DNA from: Blastocladiella emersonii ATCC 22665
Taxonomy: Eukaryota; Fungi; Blastocladiomycota
Direction of reading: 5' to 3'
DNA: 64,000 bases
Assembly (NCBI GenBank): GCA_025594325.1
Contig: JANHCV010000007.1
Location: 620,001 to 684,000 of the forward strand
Positions 46,333-56,200 of the stretch are shown in pieces. The position numbers and the translations under genes are program-made. Numbering within the stretch: position 1 is the stretch's first letter; every line of letters starts with the position of its first letter. The notes beneath the pieces are model-generated. The model worked only from the letters and a program-made list of their open reading frames with translations, made no database searches and was not told where the DNA came from.

Positions 46333-47325
46333 TCAGTTAACTGAACGGCGGCCACCGCCACGGCCGCGGCGACGCTTGGGCATCGCCTCGAACTCGTCCT
46401 CGTCGTCGTCACCGCCCTCTTCGGCGGCCATGGCGGCCGTGCGCTTGGGCGCGTCAGCAGGAACGGCCGTGGCCAACGCGACCCCGCGATCCGTCGTGCC
46501 CGCCTCCTCAATGATGGGCGCCGCGAGCGCGACTGTCGCACTTGAAGTCGACGACGACGACAATGACGACGACGACGACGCGGCCGACGACGCGGCCGAC
46601 GAGCCGACCGGCGGCCCGGCGGGCTGTACGGCGGTCGAGAGCGTCGAGGTCGACAACGACGAGGCGACGGTCGCGTCGACCTGCGAAAGGGCGGGCTGCA
46701 CGGCGGTCGAGGATGACGACGACGCGTTGGTGATCTGCGGTGCGGCGGTCTGCACGGCCGTCGTTGAGGAGGACGACGAGGCGACGCCGTCGTTGAGCTC
46801 GCGCAGGATCCCCGCCATGCGCGTCGTGAACTTGGGGTCCGAGTCGCCCTCCTCGTCGGACACGTCAAACACGAACCGCGGCTGGCGCACGGGCGAGGAC
46901 AGCGCCAGCCCCGACAGCTGCGTGGCTGGGGTCGGCGGGATGGACTCCTGCGGGCGGGCGCCGTACGGGTTGCTGCGGCCCGCGGGACCGCCGTGATGGT
47001 GCGCCGGCGGCGGCAGAGCGGGCGCCGACGACGAGCCCGCGGGACCACCGTGATGGTGATGGTGATGGTGGGCCGGCGGCGGGACGGCGGGCGCCAACGA
47101 CGAAGAGGGGGTCGACGGCGGGTTGAAGGACGCGGCCGTCGACGGCTGCTGCGGCGGGACGGCGGGCGTTGACGAAGAGGCGGGCGCCGACGACGAGGAA
47201 GAGGGGGTGGAGGGCGGGTTGAAGTACGAGGCCGGCGGGGGCATGGCGGGCGCCGTGGGCGCCGAAGGCGGCGGCGCCGGCTTGGTGATCTGCTGCTGCT
47301 GCTGCAGCTGCACCTGCGCAATGAA
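46333..47325 (-). pseudogene. Element B antisense accessory ORF (S/P/A-rich, C-terminal NLS-like motif, N-terminally truncated)
   Basis: Open frame of more than 326 aa, homologous motifs to the element A ORF, followed by a pyrimidine-rich host-like 3' UTR. Confidence 0.7.
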
Positions 47326-47349
47326 GTCACATAGCGGCCGCCGGGATCT

Positions 47350-50300
47350 TCTCGCACAAGTTCGCGCCGCTGCTACTGTACCAGGCGATGCCGTGGCTCG
47401 ACCTCACGGGCGTCGCCGCTGGCGAGGTGTCCGAGCAGGATGTCGAGTGCATCGCAAGCACCATCAGCGTTGACGGCAAGCCGATGCTCAACGTCGCGCT
47501 GCACGACTACGTGTTCCGCCCGCCCGAGCTCGAGAATCTGTTGTGGTACGAGTTTATCTCCTCGTGGTCGCGCGTCAACATGCCGCCGAAAATGCACGAG
47601 GTCCTCGCCAACGGCGGGCGCGTCGTGCCCGCGCAAGCAGAACTCGGGCCAGCTGCCGACATGCCGCCCGGCACGAGGCTGTCCTTCATGGCCGACCACC
47701 CGCAGGCCAAGACGCACGAGCTGCGCAAGAACATCGTCGAGGTCGTGCCCAAAATCGTCGGCCCGCACATGCCCGACCCGGGCAAGTTTGGCGACGTGCC
47801 CAGGTCCGAGGAAAAAGTACTCGCGCATGGCGCTGCTGCTGCTCCGCCATTTCCGCGTCTCGAGTGACATTCTCAACGAGAACGGCTCGGCGATCGCCAA
47901 GTTCAAGGCGTTCAAGAAGGGCCTCCAACCCGGCGACCCTGCGCTCAACCACCTCGAGTACGCCCAGGAGTACTACTTCAGTCTCGACGGTGCGCGCGCG
48001 TACCGTGAGTGCCGCGATCGCGAGAACGCCGAGCTCTCGGCCAGGCTGTCGCAGGAGGAGCGCGGCGAGCTGTTCGTTCCATCTCGCGACGGCGACCGCA
48101 ACGCGTCAAGCTCGCGCGCCAAGGCAACCGCCAACGAGGACCCGACTGCAGAATGGACCATGTTCACTCAGTCGCAGCAGGACATTGCCCTCGATCTGGT
48201 CATTGCCAACAACGCCGTGAACGGTGCTGGCGCCGAGGTCGCGCCCACCGTTAGCGAGCAGAACTTCAAGCTGGTGATCGACGCGCTGGTCCCTGGTGCT
48301 GCTGCAGACCTGGTCGACCACCTGCGCCTCCCTCCAGTGCGCCCGTTCGACGTCAAGGCGGCCGTCCCACCGACGACGCTCAAGGAGCCCATTTCGGCGA
48401 ACACGCTGAAAAGATTCCTGGCGCAGCACCGCAGCGCCGCATCTGCAGCGCCGGCCGCTGCTGGAACAGCTCCTGTCGCTCCGCAAGGCGGGCAGTCGCC
48501 GCTCGTCGGCGCGTCAACCACGTCAGACGCTGCTGCCGAGTCGCAGATCGGCGTCGATCCTGAAAACGTCGTTGAGGACGGTCCAGCAGCGCCAGAAGTA
48601 CCCGCCGCCGACGTTTGGCGCGGTACCTTCGCCGCGAGATCAACGGAATCTGCAGCGAAGCGCAAGCTGTTCCTCGTCATGAAGGCTGCGGACTCGCTCA
48701 ACAACTTTGACCACGCGACTCGCGGCAAGGAGTGGACGGAGGCGGAGCAGCGCACCAAGCACACGCCGGCGTACGCGAGCCTCGCGCAGGTTTCGCTCAA
48801 GTTCAACCTGAACAAGGAGCAGCACCGCGCGTTTGTGCTCTTCCTCATGCCGCTCATCGCCACGTTCATTGGCGGCGACAGCGGTGTTGTCGAGGCCGCC
48901 GCGTCATCGGATCCAGGCGCCCTCGCGTCGGGCCGCGACCGGCCAAACGCACCAGCTCTCGCCTCGCTTCCGCCCATGAGCAAGGATCGCTCGCCGATCA
49001 TTCTCACAGGCTCAGGCGGCACGGGCGGCACGGGCAAGTCGCGCGTCATTGACGCGATCCGGTACTTTCTCGCGTCCTGGAACCGCGAAAAGTGCATGAT
49101 GGTCATGGCCATGACGGGCATCGCTGCCGCCAACATTGGCGGTACCACCATCCACGCCACGTTCCAGCTCTCGCTCAAGGGGGAGAGTCTCAGCCCCGAC
49201 ATCCAGCGCATCCGCACCGACTCTGCTGTCGCCAGCGCGTGGCAAGGACGTCACGCCGTGATCATCGACGAGTTCTCCATGTGCGACGCGCAGGTGCTCG
49301 GACGGGTCGACGCGAGCCTTCGCGACCTGCGTCGGTGCGACGAGCCGTTTGGCGGGTGCATCGTCATGCTCGCCGGCGACCATTTGCAGCTTCCACCAGT
49401 GAACGGCACGGCGCTGTTCCAGCTACCCGAGGTGCTCGACGATGCGCCAGACTCGTCCTTCGAGCGGCTGCTCGCGTACGACACCACGGGCGCGAAAAAA
49501 AAAGAAGCACTCGGGCCAGCTCGCGTACTGGCGCGCGCGACGTGTCGTTCGACTCGTGCGCAGCAACCGGTTCGTCAACGACCCATCATGGGCCAGGTGT
49601 CTCGACGCGTTCCGCCTCGACAAGGCCCCCGACGAGCTGCGCCGCCCGCTCGACTCGCGCACGACCGCTCGCCTGCGCCAGCTGAGCGACGACCAGGACA
49701 ACAACGAGCTCAAGAAGATCCTCCAGACGCGCGGGCTCACAGTCATTGCGCCCGACAACTACACGCGTCACACCTTTAACCTGCTGTACACGCGGCTCGC
49801 CGCTGCGGACCCAGAACGCGTCGTGTTTCAGATCAAGGCCAGCATCACGCGCAAGAAGGAGCGAAACGGCGCAACCGTCCGCCTCCCGAATGGCGAAAGG
49901 GACCTGTTCCGTCTCGCCGAGGAGCCCGACTCGATCACTCGTTTGCCAACCATCCTCGAGGTCTTTGTCGGCATGGAATTGCGCGTCAAGGTCAACCAGT
50001 GCGTCGAGAAGGGGTGCGCGAATGGCGCTATCGGCGTCGTGCACCACATCGACTGGTTTCCGGGCACAACGTTTACCGAGATCGGCTCGCGCATGTACTG
50101 CTCATCGCGGGAGCCACATACTGTGTGGATCGACCTGCCCGACGCGCCACCTGGCCCTCAGTTTCCTGGCATGCCGGCCGATTGGCCAGACACGGTCATC
50201 CCGCTCGTCATGCACTCGGACGACTTTCTCTACAAGGAGGGCGGTATGACGTCGCGCGAGCGAACCGAACCCAAGAAACCTGAGTCCAGCGCACTGTGCG

Positions 50301-50860
50301 CCAAGATGGTCAAGAACTTCGATATTCACGAGCAGTACAAGGACCACGAAAAGGTCAAGATCAAGCAGTTCCCAATCGTGCCCGCCTTTGCGATGACGGT
50401 GCACGGGGTCCAAGGCGTGACCAAGAACGCCATCATCTTGACGGATCCGTGCCCAGCTGGCTCGTCGGGATCAATCAACGGGTCGTCGCTGTACGTTGCG
50501 CTCTCGCGGCTCCGCGAGAGCGCGTTCCTGTGGGTTCTCCATCCGATCCCGGACAGCGTGTACGACGCCATGGTCCCTGATCCGCGGGCCGTGGCCGAAG
50601 ACTTGCGGCTCCAGGCGCTAGACGTGTTGACTGAGGGCGCGTTCGCTCACGGACAAACCGTTACGCAAAACCACCCCCGAGTCGCGGAGCTCTTTTGCAA
50701 CGCGATGCAAGAGCACCGCCAGATCAAGAGCGACAAGGAGGCGAAGCAGAAGGCGCGCGACCAAGAGTACTCGAGGCGGTATCGCGAGCGTAAGCGCGAG
50801 CAGAAGCGCGCTCCAGAATTGCATGAGCAGCGGCGGAGCAAGAGGCTTCGCGAGATTTAG
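47350..50860 (+). pseudogene. Element B RepHel linker + PIF1 helicase with two +1 A-run frameshifts
   Basis: FSHKF, HDYVFRPPELENLLWYEF, DHPQAKTHEL, VPKIVGP, GGTGKS, IIDEFSM, GDHLQLPPV, FPIVPAFAMTVHGVQG, LYVALSR. Frame shifts at A5 (about 47812) and A9 (about 49495). Confidence 0.88.
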
Positions 50861-51111
50861 TGTAAGTTTTCATTTGTAGTGTTTTAAAGTATACTTAGCT
50901 GCTTTCAATTATTTTGGTGTGTGATGGGAACAGAGATGCGACTCCATAATGACGCGCGACTGTCAGCGGTACAAAACCTCCCGCGTGTGCCGTGCTCCAA
51001 CGTGGCGGAGGGCTTTAGCCCTCGATTGAAGACCAGACGCGAAGCGTCTAGGTGGTTCAAGTAAAATGGTCTCCAATTGTTTTGCGAAGTGGCTGTGACG
51101 CGTCTCACGCC

Positions 51112-51150
51112 GTGAGACGCGTCTCGAAATCACGCCATGATCACGTGTGG
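51112..51150 (+). promoter_or_regulatory. LRR upstream motif (copy 2)
   Basis: GTGAGACGCGTCTCGAAATCACG...GATCACG, about 120 nt before ATG 51256. Confidence 0.55.
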
Positions 51151-51255
51151 GCGTTTTGCTCTGGTTTTCAGCCACGTCTCTTCAGCTGCAGACTCCGCGC
51201 CGGACCCGTTCGCTTGACCCACTCCCGCACATGCATCATTAGAACGAATAACTTC

Positions 51256-52974
51256 ATGAAGCTACATGTAACCCACTTGCTCGAGGACATTCTTGTTCGA
51301 GCAATCCGCCTCCACGACCCGACCGACCGTTTCGGCTTGGCGCACTACGCTCGAGTCGTTCCACGTGCTCAGGCTCCTCGCGTCTTTCGCGCTGTTGCCA
51401 ACCATGTTGCTACCGGCTATTCTACGCTTGCAGCGGCCCAGGCTGGTCACTTTTGGGCCCTTGAGCTGAAGCAGGCGAGCGGCCACCCGTTGGAGCTCAC
51501 GGAATCTTGCGTGAGACACCTCGCGCTCCACGATCGACAGTACAAAGTCCTTGAATGGTGGCGCCGTCGCGGATTGCGGGTCTTCGGTCGCAAACAGGAC
51601 AAGTTTGTTAACGTCTTGATGGACCTGACTCCATCCTGGTTCGCAAATGTGCGGAACACCCTTGGTCCGGTCCGTGCTCACTGCTCTCTGAGACGATTTG
51701 ATTTGATGCTAACCGTGCGCCGTTTGACTTAGGACACGATTCTTTGCTCACCGGGAGATATGCTTGCTGCCCGAATGTGCGCGGACGTTGCTTCGGGCGC
51801 AAAGACCCGTGTCAAGCTCGAATCGGTTCGCCTGAGCGATGGCGGCGCCCGCATGTTGGCTGAAGCCCTAGCCAGTCCCACGCAACGGGTCAAGAAAATC
51901 GAGCTTTCGTTCTCTTGCGTTTCCATGGACGCGCTTGCAACGCTTGTTATGTCAAGTACGGCGACCGCGATCGACTTGTCTTGCAGCTATATTGTAGGCG
52001 ACATGCCGTGGCCAACCGATCCCCCGGTTTGGCTTCCTCATTCGGTCAAGGAGCTTTCGTTCCACGGCGACGACGAGTCACGCTACGATCAGTCTGCCAT
52101 CTTGCTTCGCCAGCTGCCGATTTCCCTCCAGCGGCTCTCCATCACTTACCTGCCCTCTGTCTATCCAGGGGCTATTTCGAGCCTGGTTTCTTCGCTTCCG
52201 AGCTCGCTTACTTTTCTCGCGCTCAACGAGGTCGATCTGAGCGTCGATGATGGCAAGGCTCTCATGTCGCGGCTCTCTATCGCTCTCAAAGAATTTTCGA
52301 TCTCTCCCGGGTATGATGACCCCCATTCCGTTGATTGCATGCTCGAAATCGTGGGCAGCTTGCCGCTGTCGCTCCGCAAGCTCTCCCTCAAACGGTGCGA
52401 CCTGCTCACAGAGGCCGCGAGTCTCCTCGCGTCCAAGATGCCGCCAAATCTTGAAGAGTTCCGTTTACGCGATTGCAATCTCCGCAATGATGGGGAGCGT
52501 AAGCTTTTCGCCGCTCTCCCTCTCACGCTCAAGGTGCTAGAAATCGCCGGCAATCCTGACATTCCTATTGAGTTCGATGCTGAGTCGGAGGGCACTGACC
52601 AGCTCGCCTAGGCACTTGCGCCCAACTTGCCACCCAACCTGACATGGCTTGCAGTCCAGTACATGGGTCTTACTTCCCACGGCGCGATGCTGCTTGCTGG
52701 CGGTCTTCCGTCATCGTTGCAAACGTTGATTCTGTCCGGCAACACGATCAATTCGGAGGCGGGACTCGCCGTGTTGACCAAGTCTCACGGCTTTCTCCAC
52801 TCCCTTGAGCTCGACCAAAACGAACTGGACGACGCCTTCTTCGACGGGATCAACAAGCTGCTTGATGAGCTTCAACTTGGCGTGTTGGAATCGCCTGTCC
52901 TCGATCTCTATGAGAACAATTTTTCGCAGCAGGCCTGGGAGGCCATTCGAGGTCGGATCAAGATTCACTCTTAG
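51256..52974 (+). pseudogene. RNI-like LRR protein, paralog 2 (in-frame TAG at 52609-52611)
   Basis: MKLHVTHLLEDILVRAIRLHDP; intron about 51670-51732; LRRs continue after the stop. Confidence 0.78.
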
Positions 52975-53092
52975 GCGCGGCATAGGCTTGCTCGCATGAG
53001 TACCGGTATGAATATACACGGTTTCTAGTTATCTTGCCGCTCCTTGGCAAGTTCGGGTGGTGGAACGCCACCAGCAACCCGCGAGTCGGTCG

Positions 53093-53125
53093 CGAGACGC
53101 GCCGCGAAATCACGTCTTGATCACG
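53093..53125 (+). promoter_or_regulatory. LRR upstream motif (copy 3)
   Basis: GAGACGCGCCGCGAAATCACG...GATCACG, about 117 nt before ATG 53231. Confidence 0.5.
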
Positions 53126-53230
53126 CTGAGGCGTTTGCTCGCGATCGCCTGGCTTTTGCTTCGACATCGCCGCCCGCCTCCTTTCTGCTCACCACCTCCT
53201 CGCCCATGCATCTAGAAACCAAATAACTCC

Positions 53231-54945
53231 ATGAAAATCCATCTAAATCATCTGATCGAGGACATACTCGTTCGCGCGGTCTTCCTTCACGACCCGACCG
53301 ACGGACCTGGTCTCTTGCAGTATACCCGAGTGCTTCCGCGTGCGCAGGCTCCGCACGTCTTTTGCGCCATCGTCGAAACTGTCACCGATGCTCATTCGAT
53401 CTTGGATGCAGCCAATGCTGGCCACATCTGGGCACTCGAGTTGTGGAGGCTGAGCGACTGTCCGCTCGAACTTGACTATGGCGTTGTGAAGCGCCTCGTG
53501 CTAAACCGCGGCCAGCACAAGGCGATGGAATGGTGGCGTTAGCATGGATTGCCTCTCCGTGGTCGCCCTCAATATTCGCCTTGTACTTTTGTGGATACTC
53601 TCGTGGACTTGACACCATCGTGGTTCGCGACTGTTCAAAGAACGCTGGGCTCGGTGCGTCCTTTGCTTTCGTTTGAATCAACGACGTGAGCTAACTGACT
53701 CTGCCATGTGGGAATAGGGCACGATCCAATGCGCGCCAGGAGACGTGCGAGCCGCACAGCTCTACGAGAGCGTGGCCTTGGGAAAAGCGAGGAACGTGCT
53801 GTTTCACAATGATCGACTGACCGATGGCGGTGCCCGCATCCTAGCCGAGGCATTTGCTAGTCCAAAACAGCGCGTCAATAAACTCGAGTTTGGCTCCTCG
53901 TGTCTCCCGCTGTCCGCGATTACCACGATCGCCATGTCGAGCAAGGTCAAGGTTCTTTGCCTTAATTTCAGCTATGTCTTTGGCGACGTACCCGAGTCGA
54001 GCGCTTCGCAACCCTGGCTTCCCGATACAGTTGACAAGTTTAAGCTTATTGGCGACGATTGTTCACGTTGGGATCGTTCTGCGTTTCTGCTTTGACACCT
54101 CCCGGCGTCACTCCGGCGTCTCTCAATCAAGTCCTTGAACCTTAAAAAACGGGCACTCTGGGAAGTAATCTCGTCCCTCCCTCGCGCACTCGTTGCTCTC
54201 ACGATTCGCAGCGTCGATCTCAATCTCGATGACTTCAAGGTTCTTGTCGCGCGGCTTTCGCCTGCGCTCGAGGAATTGTCCCTTTCTCCCTGCAGGCAAG
54301 CATTACAGCTTTGCGTGTTCGCTTGAGCTTGTGAACGGACTGCCGCAGTCGCTCCGCGAGCTCCGCCTGGAGGAGTTTACCCTTCTCTCAGACGGCGCTC
54401 GCCGGCTCGTTGCGAAGCTTCCGCCCAAACTTGAAGAGCTTCGGCTTCCCAAATGCAAGCTCAACGGCGACGGACTCCGCGAGCTTCTTACTGCCTTGCC
54501 CGCGACGCTTAAGTCGTTCGCGCTCTCCGTCGACGCCCGACTCACTGACGACCTCGTCGAAGTTCTAGCGCACAAAATGCCACCTTCGCTCGAGTCCCTC
54601 TACCTTGAACGCGTGGGGCTGACTCGAGCGGGCGCAGCCATGCTCGCCGACCATCTACCATCAACGTTGCAGCATCTGGACCTCACCGACAACCACATTG
54701 GCTCCGCTGCAGTGGTCGCGATCCTTTTCAAGACGCATAAATCCTTGCGCTCGCTCACGCTTGTCCGCGCACACCTGGACGACGCGTTTTTATACGGAGT
54801 GCACAAGCTACTCGAGGACCTCAACACTCCCTCCTTGGAGTTGCCAGTGATGAAAATCGGGAGCTACTTTTTCGAGCAAGCGCGGGCGGCTGTCCAGCGC
54901 CGAATTCAGTCCGACCTTCTCTTACTTAACGGAGCTCGGTCCTGA
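53231..54945 (+). pseudogene. RNI-like LRR protein, paralog 3 (stops at 53540 and 54093, frameshift about 54300)
   Basis: MKIHLNHLIEDILVRAVFLHDP; conserved intron about 53654-53718; LRRs resume after each lesion. Confidence 0.78.
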
Positions 54946-56017
54946 TTAATTGCTCATACAACGGGTATCACAGTGCATTGCGGTGAGCGGCCAGCCAGGA
55001 AAAAACTCCGCCTTTTCCCCGCCTGCGCGTTCAAGCCACGCGGCTCATCTCGGGCCCGCGCGCCGGTCACTCCACGTGCGCAAGGCGGCCCGCTCTCGCC
55101 TTCGCCTCGAGCGGCGGACCCGCACGAAGCACGTCGTCCCTCGCCCTCTCTCTCCCTCCCTCCCTGAACCGGTCGAAGCTTGGCGGACTCACATGTAACT
55201 CTTGGCAACGACAGTGGACGCCGCTGCACCGCGCACCGTGACCGTGACCAACCGGCGGCTCAGGGCGGTGGGACCGCGCCTGGGACTGCGCCGACTCCCG
55301 CCGATCCCGCGTCCTGTCACTGTTTGCGGACCCGCTGCTTGGCTCCACGGCGTTTGTCAACCCAGGCGTGCGTGCGAACCTCATCTGCCGCGTGCGACAG
55401 GACCACGGGTCGTCCCGCGCTCAGGATTCAGTTTGACGCAGGCGCAGCTCACAATGGCCGCGCAGCGACAGGGGAGGGGGGGTCCAGGGGGGAGGGTCTC
55501 CCTCTCCCCGGCTCTCAGAGAAGACCAGCTTGACTTTCCGTGAGATGCACTAGGTCGGCCGATTTCGAAGCATTCCGGTGCCGTGTGCACGTCGCGCGAG
55601 CTGGATGGCGACAACCTTCGCATGCTCAAGGCGGCGGACGCTCTCAAGGGTGCGACGCACGAGTGCGAGACGCCCCCGCAACTCGGTGGAAAGGCGGTGT
55701 CTGTGATTGTGCAGAATGTCGATTGCTGCTTCATGCGTGTTATTGGAGAGGAACAACGCTCAGGGCGACGTCGCGCGATACCAATCACTTAGAAGATCTG
55801 TCGCGCAAACACGGACTGTCATAAAGAACGGAGAGTTTATGTCTTTAGCTTCGTGAGGCGTTTCCATAGGCGGCCTGCGGCCGGCCACGGAGCTGCTAGT
55901 GATCGTGGCTCCTTCACTGGTTGATACAGTAAATCCTTTGCCGGTTCGATGCATACATTTTCTGCCGAAGCCAGCGTTTGGTGCGCCCGATCATACGCCC
56001 GCCGGAGCGTTCGTGGC

Positions 56018-56050
56018 GCGAGACGCGTCGCGATATCACGTTTTCTGACC
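56018..56050 (+). promoter_or_regulatory. Orphan fourth copy of the LRR upstream motif
   Basis: GAGACGCGTCGCGATATCACG with no LRR gene after it. Confidence 0.4.
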
Positions 56051-56200
56051 ACCGACCCTCCTCCGTTGCGTTTCGAGCTGCAGCGACAGCCGCGGCCGAA
56101 GTTTTCACCGCGCGAACACGAGCAAACAGGTGAGCAAAAAAAGACTTGTATAATATATCACGCGCCTCGCGCGCCCATTCCTCCCCGTCCTACTCAAAAC

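Larger units (their letters stand above)
46083..51061 (+). mobile_element. Helitron2/HLE2-like element B (4979 bp, lacks HUH Rep)
   Basis: A|TCGAGGGCTAAAGCCCTC at the 5' end. Perfect 18-nt inverted copy at 51008-51025. Hairpin at 51032-51053. Ends CAAG|T with the same 36-nt spacing as element A. Confidence 0.88.

Noticed and set aside
47805-49505. Programmed ribosomal frameshifting at the A-runs in element B
   Set aside because: Both sites need a +1 shift rather than the canonical -1, and no stimulatory structure is evident; homopolymer error or mutation is simpler.
17168-51061. Fanzor remnant as cargo of the Helitron-like elements
   Set aside because: It lies about 25 kb away, separated by many host genes, with no ATIR motif near it.
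55540-55800. Protein-like fragment (ELDGDNLRMLKAADAL...VSVIVQNV), possibly Crinkler/ubiquitin-like
   Set aside because: Too short and degenerate to assign without a profile search.
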